37,267 nt of DNA from a virus. Its lineage: Duplodnaviria; Caudoviricetes. This document shows positions 20,018 through 28,255 of this stretch, piece after piece. Position 1 is the stretch's first letter, and each line of letters starts with the position of its first letter. The notes under the pieces are model-generated. The model worked only from the letters and a program-made list of their open reading frames with translations, was not told the origin of the DNA and made no database searches. The stretch covers positions 1-37,267 of the IMG/VR virus record IMGVR_UViG_3300037847_002157. One strand, given 5' to 3'. The position numbers and the translations under genes are program-made.

Positions 20018-20776
20018 TTAAATTACAAATCCTGTTTTATCATATTTGGCCGGACCTTTTGCCCGTAACCCTAAGACAACATTTTTATTATATATCATTA
20101 ATAAATCGCTTTGGTCCCCGTCTAAAACTTTGTAGCCTTTCCAATATTTCGGGAGTTTGTCTCTGAATACGGCCGAAACATTGCCACCAATAGCCAAAAC
20201 GGCCTGAGCTGTTGAGCTGTTTTCTTCACTCCTGGAAAAAGTTAAAAAGTAGTTTTTATGGTCCTTATAACGTTTTATTCTTGATATTAATTTTGTATAA
20301 TCATAAAATACGGCAACGTGTGAAAAATCTTCAATATTAAAATTTGCATACTTTTTTAATAAGTGAATAAAATCAATGTCCGATGTACCATTTAAACGAA
20401 AAGCAATTTTTTCATTTTTCTTATAGGCCGTCAAACATTTTTTTTCTATTTCTTGCGCTAATTGTTTTATAAAGCTTTTTTTGTCTCTCAAAAAATACTC
20501 AGTTTTTTTTACGCGTCCCTCAATCACCGGGGCCATAAGACCCCGCCCGGCCGTAAATAGGCAAGATTTTGCGCAACCTTTAGAGGCCATAGGGCAAAGG
20601 TTATGATTTTTTGAATTTTGCGTATAAGGTGCCAAATATAAAATAAATGTTTTAAGATTGTTTTTTATTGTTTTTGCGTTACTTATTCCCGTACTTAATA
20701 ATGTATCCGGTATTATTTCTTTTTTAGAAATTTCCTTAATAATATTATTAATTTTATTTTCCTTAGTTATTGCCAT
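20018..20776 (-). CDS. GP88-like protein, putative Fe-S/radical-SAM-like
   Basis: LYLAP, CPMASKGCAKSC, RLNGTSD, FYDYTK, LTFSRSE, DGDQSDL, GLRAKG motifs. Confidence 0.7.
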   Translation of the reverse strand: MAITKENKINNIIKEISKKEIIPDTLLSTGISNAKTIKNNLKTFILYLAPYTQNSKNHNLCPMASKGCAKSCLFTAGRGLMAPVIEGRVKKTEYFLRDKKSFIKQLAQEIEKKCLTAYKKNEKIAFRLNGTSDIDFIHLLKKYANFNIEDFSHVAVFYDYTKLISRIKRYKDHKNYFLTFSRSEENSSTAQAVLAIGGNVSAVFRDKLPKYWKGYKVLDGDQSDLLMIYNKNVVLGLRAKGPAKYDKTGFVI

Positions 20777-21081
20777 CTTAATTGATTTTTATTTATATGT
20801 AGTTTTTTAATTGTGTCTAAGTTAACGTTTCTATATTGTTTTATCCCGGTGTCATAAACCCGTATAAAACCCGATGCAATAGGATGTTTAACTTTTATTT
20901 TTTTATCTGTCTTTTTAAAATAGTTTTTTACAGAAATACGGCCCGTTAATTTTCGTAATGTTTTGTCCTGTTTAATAAACTCCACATAAAAAAAACGTCC
21001 TTTTGTTTTTTTAATTTCATTGTAAATATTAATGCGTTTAATATTTGATTTTACATTTTTATCTAGTTGAATTACTTTCAT
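20767..21081 (-). CDS. WYL-like / SH3 beta-barrel protein
   Basis: FFYVEFIKQDKTLRKLTGR...VYDTGIKQYRNVNLDTI pattern. Confidence 0.6.
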   Translation of the reverse strand: MKVIQLDKNVKSNIKRINIYNEIKKTKGRFFYVEFIKQDKTLRKLTGRISVKNYFKKTDKKIKVKHPIASGFIRVYDTGIKQYRNVNLDTIKKLHINKNQLRWQ

Positions 21082-21085
21082 CGTA

Positions 21086-21184
21086 TTATATATTTAAGTT
21101 AATAATAAAATTCTCTAACAATAAAAGCAAACAAGTTAAAAGCCCTAAAAAAAGCGAGTAACCAATTAATATAAGTTTTTTCAT
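21086..21184 (-). CDS. Hydrophobic 32-aa membrane peptide
   Basis: Hand-translated MKKLILIGYSLFLGLLTCLLLLLENFIINLNI; first ORF after a promoter. Confidence 0.5.
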   Translation of the reverse strand: MKKLILIGYSLFLGLLTCLLLLLENFIINLNI

Positions 21185-21232
21185 TTTATTCTATTTAGTT
21201 AATATTTGTTAGCGTGGAACTTTTCCACCTGA

Positions 21233-21262
21233 CAAATATAAATAAAAAAATAATATAAAATA
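21233..21262 (-). promoter_or_regulatory. Host-type (Bacteroidota) promoter for the early module
   Basis: TATATTTG -7 box at 21240..21233, followed by a GTGGAA-AAG-TTCCAC leader hairpin. Confidence 0.6.
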
Positions 21263-21310
21263 AAGCTTTTTTGCAAGTTTTTTTTTGGTCCCTAATTTTA
21301 AACCGGTAAT

Positions 21311-21334
21311 AAAAAAAGGCCCAACCGGACCTTT
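21311..21334 (-). terminator. Intrinsic terminator
   Basis: Minus strand AAAGGTCC-GGTT-GGGCCTTT plus U tract. Confidence 0.7.
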
Positions 21335-21336
21335 GA

Positions 21337-21406
21337 CCTATTGAATTCATACCCCTATTGAATTGCGTGGTGGGTATTAAATTCACATCCCTATTGAATT
21401 CACATC
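21337..21406. repeat. Four tandem 17-19 bp repeats, consensus CCTATTGAATTCAYA
   Basis: Units start at 21337, 21354, 21373, 21390; related copies at 19266 and 19313. Confidence 0.8.
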
Positions 21407-21570
21407 GTTTGTGAATCTAATGATCTCATAAGCTCGAAGAGTTCTTCATCGTGTACGTTGTGTACTTTATCTTCTCCGATTCTTTGAGCAATAAGATCCT
21501 GGACAATATCTAATTCTTTTTTAGACATCTTTATATTTATATTTCTATAATGAGTCATAATATTTATCAT
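21400..21570 (-). CDS. Small hypothetical protein (56 aa)
   Basis: Hand-translated MINIMTHYRNINIKMSKKELDIVQDLIAQRIG... Confidence 0.5.
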   Translation of the reverse strand: MINIMTHYRNINIKMSKKELDIVQDLIAQRIGEDKVHNVHDEELFELMRSLDSQTM

Positions 21571-21572
21571 AT

Positions 21573-21692
21573 CTATTTATTATTATTTTTCCAACTTTCC
21601 ATAATACGTTCACCTGTTGAATCGTCAATGTAATATGTATAGTCACCTATTGTAACATAAAGACAGTTTTCGGTCCTAACATCTATTTTCAT
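21573..21692 (-). CDS. Small hypothetical protein (39 aa)
   Basis: Hand-translated MKIDVRTENCLYVTIGDYTYYIDDSTGE...; ATGA coupling. Confidence 0.55.
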   Translation of the reverse strand: MKIDVRTENCLYVTIGDYTYYIDDSTGERIMESWKNNNK

Positions 21693-21835
21693 TGTATTTC
21701 TTTTAAATGGTTAATTAGCTGATCTAATCCGGAACAAATTCCAATGTATTCTCTGTGGGTATGGCTATCATTTATCCACTCTTTATCTTCTTTAATATCT
21801 TTAGCGATATTCTCTATTTTTTCAATTGTTATCAT
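21689..21835 (-). CDS. Small hypothetical protein
   Basis: ORF track 21689..21880; probable start MITIEK at 21835. Confidence 0.55.
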   Translation of the reverse strand: MITIEKIENIAKDIKEDKEWINDSHTHREYIGICSGLDQLINHLKEIQ

Positions 21836-21836
21836 A

Positions 21837-22085
21837 TTATTTAGATTTATCAAGTTCTTCACAATGTTTAGCAAAAGCATCTGTATTTAGTTGAATATGT
21901 ATTCCATTTATATTACAACTATCTACCTTATAACTATCAACTACACCATCTTTATCTATATATGGTATATCGATCCTATCACTCATAAGAAATAATAAGT
22001 GTTCCATTTGTCTAAGGTTTAATCCCTCGTATATTTCGTGTACCTCCTGGTACTCATTTTGAATATTTTTATTCATACTTTTCAT
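21837..22085 (-). CDS. Hypothetical protein
   Basis: 82 aa ORF downstream of a promoter. Confidence 0.6.
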   Translation of the reverse strand: MKSMNKNIQNEYQEVHEIYEGLNLRQMEHLLFLMSDRIDIPYIDKDGVVDSYKVDSCNINGIHIQLNTDAFAKHCEELDKSK

Positions 22086-22109
22086 AATTAGTTAATTTTA
22101 TAATTTGAT

Positions 22110-22140
22110 GCAATATAATAATTATTTTCCAACTGACAAA
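22110..22140 (-). promoter_or_regulatory. Host-type promoter overlapping a CCAACTGACA box
   Basis: Minus strand TTTGTCAGTTGGAAAATAATTATTATATTGC (TTTG -33; degenerate -7). Confidence 0.55.
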
Positions 22141-22148
22141 TATTTTAT

Positions 22149-22178
22149 AAAAAAAGGGAGAAAATTATTTCCTCCCTC
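22149..22178 (-). terminator. Intrinsic terminator after terL / candidate sRNA
   Basis: Minus strand AGGGAGGAAA-TAA-TTTTCTCCCT plus U tract. Confidence 0.75.
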
Positions 22179-22243
22179 TAATTAAACAAAAATCAACTAA
22201 TATCGACTAAGAATGAAAAAAAGTCTATAACAAATATATAAAA

Positions 22244-23461
22244 TTATTTTACAATATACATACCTCTAGGAACACTTCTTACTAATAAGTATTGAATTGC
22301 GTACCTAGATGCATCTATTAAGTGGTTATAATTATCTATAGGCTTTACTCCATTAACTGCCCAAACGTAGTTATTAAATTCTTTGATTAAATTTTCTCCT
22401 TCAATATTTATGTTGTAATCTTGCATAAGAGAAATACCGGTTACAATGGACCCTTTAGATTTAACAGTAGGTGTTATATTAATAGATGGTTTTTTCATCC
22501 GGAGTTCTACCAAAATACGAGGCTCAGAGTTATCTGACACTATTAAATTGCGACCTGCAATTCTAACACAATAATCGTATATTTGTGAGGTTACAAGGCC
22601 TTTCTTATATAGATGCTCCTTTAACCATATAATCTTTCTCTCTTTATCAATAGCACATTCTACGAGTGCTGTTGGATCATTTGCAAAGCCGAAGTCTAAC
22701 CCATATATTGAATCTATTGAATTGTTAAATTGTCCTACTTGCCAATCATTGAATATAACTCCTTCAGCTCTTTGGAGCCATCCTCCCATTATTTGATGTT
22801 CGTATTTCTCCGGTCTCCTTTCTTTCATACTTTCAATCTCATATACAAAAGATCTACTTAGATGTTTTATATTATCTAAATAAGTTGTATGGATATAAGT
22901 AACACCATTTTTAGTCCCATTAAATCCATCTGGAATAGATCTATTCTGAAAGAATCTTTGATATATCCAATGTTCTTTAGTGGTAGGGTTTAGAATTAAT
23001 ATACATCTATTTGTAGATATTTTACTACGAATAGAAAAATCTATCTTATCAAAAGAAGTCTCATCTAAAAGCTCTTCAGCTTCATCTAATACAAATGTAT
23101 TAATCCCCTGGATAGATTTAAGCTTTGCAGTTTGATCTCCACTAGCAGTTTTTATACCACTAAAGTATATTGAACTGCCATTGAGTTTATTTGTTATTTC
23201 AGTTTTAGTTATCTCAAATTGACTCTCTACTCCCATAAGTTCAAGTTTCTCCTTAAACTCCGGTATAATACTCATCGAAGCAGAACTCATTGTGAAACGA
23301 GTAAATAATGTTTTTGTATTCTCCTGGTAGGTGAGTAATACTAAAAATGTATTAACGGCAAAAGATTTACCCGAACCACGGCCCCCTGTTATAACAAAGT
23401 ATCTACTATCCGAGTTAAATAAAGTTTCGTATTTCGGGTTTAAATCTATTTTATTTGCCAT
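22244..23461 (-). CDS. terL: Terminase large subunit (PBSX/SPP1-like)
   Basis: Walker A GGRGSGKS, Walker B FVLDEAEE, LNP coupling motif, nuclease GLDFGFANDP and NHLIDASRY. Confidence 0.95.
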   Translation of the reverse strand: MANKIDLNPKYETLFNSDSRYFVITGGRGSGKSFAVNTFLVLLTYQENTKTLFTRFTMSSASMSIIPEFKEKLELMGVESQFEITKTEITNKLNGSSIYFSGIKTASGDQTAKLKSIQGINTFVLDEAEELLDETSFDKIDFSIRSKISTNRCILILNPTTKEHWIYQRFFQNRSIPDGFNGTKNGVTYIHTTYLDNIKHLSRSFVYEIESMKERRPEKYEHQIMGGWLQRAEGVIFNDWQVGQFNNSIDSIYGLDFGFANDPTALVECAIDKERKIIWLKEHLYKKGLVTSQIYDYCVRIAGRNLIVSDNSEPRILVELRMKKPSINITPTVKSKGSIVTGISLMQDYNINIEGENLIKEFNNYVWAVNGVKPIDNYNHLIDASRYAIQYLLVRSVPRGMYIVK

Positions 23462-23467
23462 AAAGTA

Positions 23468-24211
23468 TTATTTGAATTCCGGTATTGTTTGTTCATACCA
23501 ATATGCAAAACTTTCATCTCCATCAGGTAGTGGAGTATCAGATGCCGATAAGAAAGAATTTACTGCTTTTTTAAATGCTCTCAAATCTTCATATATAGTC
23601 TCTGACTTTATAATTCTAACAGCAGCTTGTCTTAACACCTGTGCAGATACTTTTTTCTTACCATATTTAGCCACTAATTGTGAAAACTCTTCTGACATAG
23701 TATCAGAGGCTGTCTTATCAATAAAAGATAATTTACCATTCATAAGTGGTTGATGACCTCTCATAATACCATCAAATGCAGTAGCAACAACACCATTAGA
23801 TAATGTTTTACTGTATTGAATCATTTGATTTCTTAGATGGCTATATTCAGGTATCTTTTTTTCTGACCAAGATTTAACATAGTCATATAGATTCCAATTT
23901 TTATTACTAGAATTTAGAGAAATAATATATTTCTGTATTTCTTCGAAATCCTCTCCAAGCCAATCAATAATTGAGCAAGGTACTTCTTCAACATTTAATA
24001 TTTTTAAAGCCTCCCATCTGTGTTGGCCTTCTAAAATATAATACTTCCCTCTTATTAAAGCGACTTTAATAGTATCGGCAAATCCATTATCTTCTATTAA
24101 ATTTACCATTCTTTGGATGTGAGAACTTTGTGTATCTCTGTTCCCATCGAATAAATGTAAATCATCAATAGGTAACATCTTTACCTCTGCAAAATGAACT
24201 TTTAGTTCCAT
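23468..24211 (-). CDS. ParB/sulfiredoxin N-terminal domain protein
   Basis: NR...IEDNGFADTIKV...YYILEGQHRWEALKILNVEEVPC. Confidence 0.8.
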   Translation of the reverse strand: MELKVHFAEVKMLPIDDLHLFDGNRDTQSSHIQRMVNLIEDNGFADTIKVALIRGKYYILEGQHRWEALKILNVEEVPCSIIDWLGEDFEEIQKYIISLNSSNKNWNLYDYVKSWSEKKIPEYSHLRNQMIQYSKTLSNGVVATAFDGIMRGHQPLMNGKLSFIDKTASDTMSEEFSQLVAKYGKKKVSAQVLRQAAVRIIKSETIYEDLRAFKKAVNSFLSASDTPLPDGDESFAYWYEQTIPEFK

Positions 24212-24277
24212 AGTTTATATATAATTCAAATTACGCCTACTCTATTAGCTTTTCGGCTCCCGCTATATTTATATATT

Positions 24278-24625
24278 CTATTCGTCTTTTATTTCTTTAT
24301 GGTCCACATCTACAGTTTTAGGTTTACCAAAATCTACAATAGGAATATTTACATTCTTATTTATATTTATCTGTTGTTCTTTTGGTTTCCCGTACCTGTA
24401 TTCCCATAGCATCTTAATATAATTAAAATTGCCTTTAGAAGCTTTTTCAGCAACATATATCCAAGCTTTCTCCTCGCTCCCAAAGGCTTTATTTAACGCT
24501 TTTAATGTTAAGGCACCCATCTCTTTTTCTTTTATCTTAGGAGGTCTCCCCTGGCCTCTAGAGATACCTTTAACTGCACCATTGTTTCTTCTCCCGTCTA
24601 ATTTCTTTGGTTTCTTTTCTTCCAT
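24278..24625 (-). CDS. Putative terminase small subunit
   Basis: GRRNNG..GQGRPPK N-terminus, YRYGKPKEQ C-terminus; upstream of terL. Confidence 0.6.
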   Translation of the reverse strand: MEEKKPKKLDGRRNNGAVKGISRGQGRPPKIKEKEMGALTLKALNKAFGSEEKAWIYVAEKASKGNFNYIKMLWEYRYGKPKEQQININKNVNIPIVDFGKPKTVDVDHKEIKDE

Positions 24626-25161
24626 TATCCAATTACATATCCGTTTCTTTGATAATAACTTTCTCTCTCATCAGAGAACTGTTTTAACTTCTTATACTTT
24701 TGATTTACCTTTTCACTATCAATAACAAGGTCGTTATGTATTTGTTTTAACTTATCATATCTCCTGGTTAATTCATTAAAGCTGCTAAGAATCTCCATAT
24801 ATTGTGGGTCTATAGATTCAACATCAACAAACCTTTCAGTTAGTAGTTTATCTACTGTATTTAAGAATAGATGGTTTAATGTTATATAATCTACTTTTAA
24901 TGAAGAATCAAACTCCATATATCCATCTAATTGTTTTATTGCGTGGAGAACAGTTGCGTGGTTTTTATTAAATATATTTGCTATCTCCTGGAATGACATC
25001 TTTGTATTATATCTTAATATCTTATAAAACATAGATCTAGCTATAATATATTTACGTTGTCTTGTATTTCTACTAATATCTATACCGAAATAGTTGTTTA
25101 CTATTGTTCTTGCTATTTCTTTAGTTTGTTTGTTTAGGGTTGCTTCCTTTATCAAATTCAT
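24625..25161 (-). CDS. DnaA C-terminal-like HTH protein with coiled coil
   Basis: RNTRQRKYIIARSM...MSFQEIANIFNKNHATVLHAIK matches the DnaA domain IV signature. Confidence 0.8.
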   Translation of the reverse strand: MNLIKEATLNKQTKEIARTIVNNYFGIDISRNTRQRKYIIARSMFYKILRYNTKMSFQEIANIFNKNHATVLHAIKQLDGYMEFDSSLKVDYITLNHLFLNTVDKLLTERFVDVESIDPQYMEILSSFNELTRRYDKLKQIHNDLVIDSEKVNQKYKKLKQFSDERESYYQRNGYVIG

Positions 25162-25330
25162 AATTTTTATTTCTGTAATCTTTATACGCTTTAGCTATTC
25201 CGCTACAGCATTCATAATGTTCTATATCTCTGTAAAAAGAAAGTAAATGACGAACTTCTTCCTCCCCTAATAATCCTAAACATAAGGAAAGATAAGTATC
25301 TTCATAACACTCTTTTTGACTAAAGTACAT
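25121..25330 (-). CDS. Hypothetical protein
   Basis: 69 aa ORF overlapping both neighbours. Confidence 0.6.
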   Translation of the reverse strand: MYFSQKECYEDTYLSLCLGLLGEEEVRHLLSFYRDIEHYECCSGIAKAYKDYRNKNYEFDKGSNPKQTN

Positions 25331-26099
25331 TGTATATATAAAATTCGTTTGTTGGCCTCACTTTATCTATAAAAAATGATTTATATATTTTTACTGCTTG
25401 TTCCGTTTTATGTTTGCCTGATTGATAAAATTCTTTACTGCATTCAAATATACCTAAACCTTTACTAAATTTATCTACTACAACAAATGTAAAGTTCTTA
25501 TATGATATATTAAATAATGTACAATAAATATACATTTGCATATCATAATTCCATTTATCAGCACTATATCTAAACTTCCTTAAATCTCCACTTGTAGTTT
25601 TTAAATCTACAATATATTCTCCTCCTAATATATCTGCTTTAGCCCTAAAAGGTATATTAAATATTTCTCCTATTGCCGGAACTTCTGTTCTTGCTCCTTT
25701 CAACATCTCAAGACATTTTGTATTCTTTAATACTATCTCTGATAAATCTTCAGCATCAAACTTCTCCTTCAAGGTAAATACTTTGCTATGGGTGGATAAC
25801 GCCTGTTTATAAACTTTACTATTCTTACTAGCTACATCTACAAAATGTACATCTTTCCATTTCTCCGGTTCTAGTATTTTACAATGGAATAACCAACCAT
25901 CTCTCAATGCTTGTGTTTCTCCATAACTATTAAATAAACTATCCTCGTATCTCTTAGGAGATTCTAGTAATTTGGAACAGCTAGAGCTTGACAAAGCGTT
26001 ACTCCCTAGATAATTATAATAAAAATCATCACTCCCCATCCTTGTCAACAGCTCTTGCGTATCCCAAAATTTACCATCAAATGTGGTTATTGTACTCAA
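25320..26099 (-). CDS. PD-(D/E)XK exonuclease, RecE/ExoVIII-like
   Basis: LSSS..LLESP, GWLFHCKILEP, FRAKADIL..IVDLKTT, YDMQMYIY; probable start TTG 26099 (track gives 26171). Confidence 0.75.
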   Translation of the reverse strand: MSTITTFDGKFWDTQELLTRMGSDDFYYNYLGSNALSSSSCSKLLESPKRYEDSLFNSYGETQALRDGWLFHCKILEPEKWKDVHFVDVASKNSKVYKQALSTHSKVFTLKEKFDAEDLSEIVLKNTKCLEMLKGARTEVPAIGEIFNIPFRAKADILGGEYIVDLKTTSGDLRKFRYSADKWNYDMQMYIYCTLFNISYKNFTFVVVDKFSKGLGIFECSKEFYQSGKHKTEQAVKIYKSFFIDKVRPTNEFYIYNVL

Positions 26100-26233
26100 A
26101 CTAATATTGTTTTTAATATGATTCTCTTCATTGATTCCGGTACTTTTGGATCTACTAAATCTTCTTGACATTGTCTTAGTAGTTCTAATCTAGCATAGAA
26201 TTCAACTGCGTTTTTTTCGTGGCTATTTTCCAT
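26096..26233 (-). CDS. Small hypothetical protein (45 aa)
   Basis: Hand-translated MENSHEKNAVEFYARLELLRQCQEDL...; stop overlaps the next start. Confidence 0.45.
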   Translation of the reverse strand: MENSHEKNAVEFYARLELLRQCQEDLVDPKVPESMKRIILKTILV

Positions 26234-26235
26234 CT

Positions 26236-26409
26236 TTAGTTCTTGATTAAGTTTAACAAATATTTAATAGCTTTCTCTATACGATCTATAGTAAAAGCAA
26301 ATGGCATTACTATACCATTCAAGATTAAATCAATAAAAAATAATAAGGCTATACCTAGGAATAAGATTATATTACTAGGTCTAAATAAAATAAGCTTTAA
26401 TACCTTCAT
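26236..26409 (-). CDS. Small membrane protein (57 aa)
   Basis: Hand-translated MKVLKLILFRPSNIILFLGIALLFFIDLILNGIVMPFAF...; right after a promoter. Confidence 0.55.
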   Translation of the reverse strand: MKVLKLILFRPSNIILFLGIALLFFIDLILNGIVMPFAFTIDRIEKAIKYLLNLIKN

Positions 26410-26424
26410 TGTCTATCTTTTTAA

Positions 26425-26454
26425 CAAAGATATAACAATATCCCAAATGACAAA
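26425..26454 (-). promoter_or_regulatory. Host-type promoter overlapping a CCAAATGACA box
   Basis: Minus strand TTTG-N18-TATCTTTG. Confidence 0.65.
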
Positions 26455-26455
26455 A

Positions 26456-26611
26456 TTATTTTTTTGGATTAAACTGATCTTTCCAAATTGTTTGACAAAC
26501 TGCAAAGCGTTGGTCCCTGTCTTTATACTCAGCTCCCATCTTCGCATTCCCCATACATCTCCTCGTGAAATCCTTATTTGTCTCGTACTTCTTTGGTTTT
26601 AAAAGTGGCAT
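26456..26611 (-). CDS. Small phage protein (51 aa)
   Basis: Hand-translated MPLLKPKKYETNKDFTRRCM...DQRFAVCQTIW. Confidence 0.6.
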   Translation of the reverse strand: MPLLKPKKYETNKDFTRRCMGNAKMGAEYKDRDQRFAVCQTIWKDQFNPKK

Positions 26612-26705
26612 CTTCTAATCTTTTTATTCTTTCTAATGCAACGACAACTGCCTGTTGGGTAAGTTTAATATCGTTCTTCATTTTAAATAACTCTGATTCT
26701 TTCAT
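26574..26705 (-). CDS. Small coiled-coil protein (43 aa)
   Basis: Hand-translated MKESELFKMKNDIKLTQQAVVVALERIKRLE...; ATGA coupling. Confidence 0.45.
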   Translation of the reverse strand: MKESELFKMKNDIKLTQQAVVVALERIKRLEDATFKTKEVRDK

Positions 26706-26968
26706 TTGTTTAGACTCTTAATCTTTTCTAAATACAATATAAAATCCATAGCCTCTTCTTGTGCGTGTTGAATCCAAGAATAGAATCCATCAGGGTTATC
26801 CTCTAAAGTAGTACCATATTTTAACACACCATCTCTGGATCTAGATCTAAATTTATTGATAATTCTTTCAACTATTGGATCTTTAGAAGTATGGTTAAAT
26901 CCTGTTGAATCTGTTACCCACTCTCCCGATTCTATCATATCATTATATTTTTTTACACTATCTCCCAT
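26702..26968 (-). CDS. Hypothetical phage protein (all-alpha, possibly NTP-PPase-like)
   Basis: KYGTTL...WIQHAQEEAMDFILYLEK. Confidence 0.55.
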   Translation of the reverse strand: MGDSVKKYNDMIESGEWVTDSTGFNHTSKDPIVERIINKFRSRSRDGVLKYGTTLEDNPDGFYSWIQHAQEEAMDFILYLEKIKSLNK

Positions 26969-26969
26969 A

Positions 26970-27368
26970 TTAACCTATTTTTTGTGCATCTTCATATTTT
27001 AAAAAACACACTTCTTTTTCTACCTGTATATTATTATCTAGTCCTTTAATCTCTGTTGTTCTCTTCATCTTCTTCATAAACCATTTTGGTGTTATTTCAT
27101 CCAGGTACCATTTAAATATACCTTTAGGTGTTGAACAAATATATATTGCATTTGTGTATTTGAATTTACACATTCTTATTAAGGCATCATATTTTTTTCT
27201 TTCTAATATTAAACCATCATTCCAATGGACCTTTCTGCATTTTAATTCTATAGTATGGTTAGTAGTTGGACTATAACAATCCCAACGACTCATTAAATTA
27301 TTTGCCATCTGGAGATCAGGATAAACTAAATTATCTTTTAGATATTGAAATAGTTTACTTTCTGTCAT
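26970..27368 (-). CDS. Putative PD-(D/E)XK-like nuclease
   Basis: SRWDCYS...IELKCR catalytic-like spacing. Confidence 0.55.
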   Translation of the reverse strand: MTESKLFQYLKDNLVYPDLQMANNLMSRWDCYSPTTNHTIELKCRKVHWNDGLILERKKYDALIRMCKFKYTNAIYICSTPKGIFKWYLDEITPKWFMKKMKRTTEIKGLDNNIQVEKEVCFLKYEDAQKIG

Positions 27369-27780
27369 TTTCGTATTCTAAAGTTATTGCTTTTAGTTTA
27401 TTATATACATCATTGAGAAAACATTTACCACAAGATGTAGGTTCTTTATTATCATTAAATATCCTATTATAAACATCTAATAAAGCTTCTTGTTCATTTG
27501 GTTTTATTTGTGGATGTCCTGTTTCAAAGAACTTAGATAAGAAGTTATATTCTTTTTCATTTAAACATTCCGGTTTTTGATAAGGAAACATACGATTTAA
27601 CTTTTTCTTACGCTCATCGCAACCACAGTCCTCCCCGGCTATAAATTTTACAGCCTTATCTATACCTACTGCCTGAAATACTTTTTCTAAAGTATCTCCT
27701 AATCCTTTAGATTTATTGTTTTGATTTGAGGTACTTTCGATACTCTTCGATTGCACCTTCTTTGATTTTTTTCTTGCCAT
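27355..27780 (-). CDS. Cys-containing hypothetical protein (possible Zn binding)
   Basis: GLGDT, DCGCDERKKKLN, SCGKC. Confidence 0.65.
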   Translation of the reverse strand: MARKKSKKVQSKSIESTSNQNNKSKGLGDTLEKVFQAVGIDKAVKFIAGEDCGCDERKKKLNRMFPYQKPECLNEKEYNFLSKFFETGHPQIKPNEQEALLDVYNRIFNDNKEPTSCGKCFLNDVYNKLKAITLEYENDRK

Positions 27781-28255
27781 TACTTAATGTATTAAAAATT
27801 GAACTTAAACTTATTTTAGTTTCTCTAGATATTTTCCTCATACTCATTTGGTTATAAAAATGTATATTAAATATCTTCTTATCGTACCAATACCAATTTT
27901 TAGTGATTTTGTCTATTTTATCAAATATCTTATCAAAGTTTTTCTTTTGCTCTTCTACACTCTCCGGTAATAATTGTTCTTCTATATCAAGTTCATCATC
28001 TATATAAACAGTATTCTTCTTTCCTTGATGATGTTTAGATAAATATAAATTACGAAGCGTTACATAAACATAATAAGTATTTACTTCTTTTTCGCTATAT
28101 AATATTTTATTAGGATCATCTACATAATCTGTAATTCTTATATACATCTGTTGAACTAACTCATTGGCATTTTCTTTACTTACACCAAAAGATTTAGCCA
28201 TATTAATCCAATCACTATGCTTTTCAGCTAATATGTCAATTACTCTTTTCTCCAA
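27713..28255 (-). CDS. Sigma-70/ECF-like transcription factor
   Basis: Region 2-like ANELVQQMYIRI and region 4 HTH MSMRKISRETKISLSSIFNTL. Confidence 0.7.
   Translation of the reverse strand: MEKRVIDILAEKHSDWINMAKSFGVSKENANELVQQMYIRITDYVDDPNKILYSEKEVNTYYVYVTLRNLYLSKHHQGKKNTVYIDDELDIEEQLLPESVEEQKKNFDKIFDKIDKITKNWYWYDKKIFNIHFYNQMSMRKISRETKISLSSIFNTLSNGKKKIKEGAIEEYRKYLKSKQ

Noticed and set aside
21337-21406. Tandem repeats as a CRISPR mini-array
   Set aside because: Units are 17-19 bp and nearly abutting, with no spacers and no cas genes.
19316-21421. 12-bp inverted repeat ATTAGATTCACA flanking the early module as mobile-element ends
   Set aside because: The right copy lies inside a plausible ORF, there is no transposase or target duplication, and it is better explained as a variant of the local repeat.
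23468-24211. ParB-like gene as a plasmid-prophage partition system
   Set aside because: No ParA or parS array; only the N-terminal ParB/Srx domain is recognisable, as is common near terminases.
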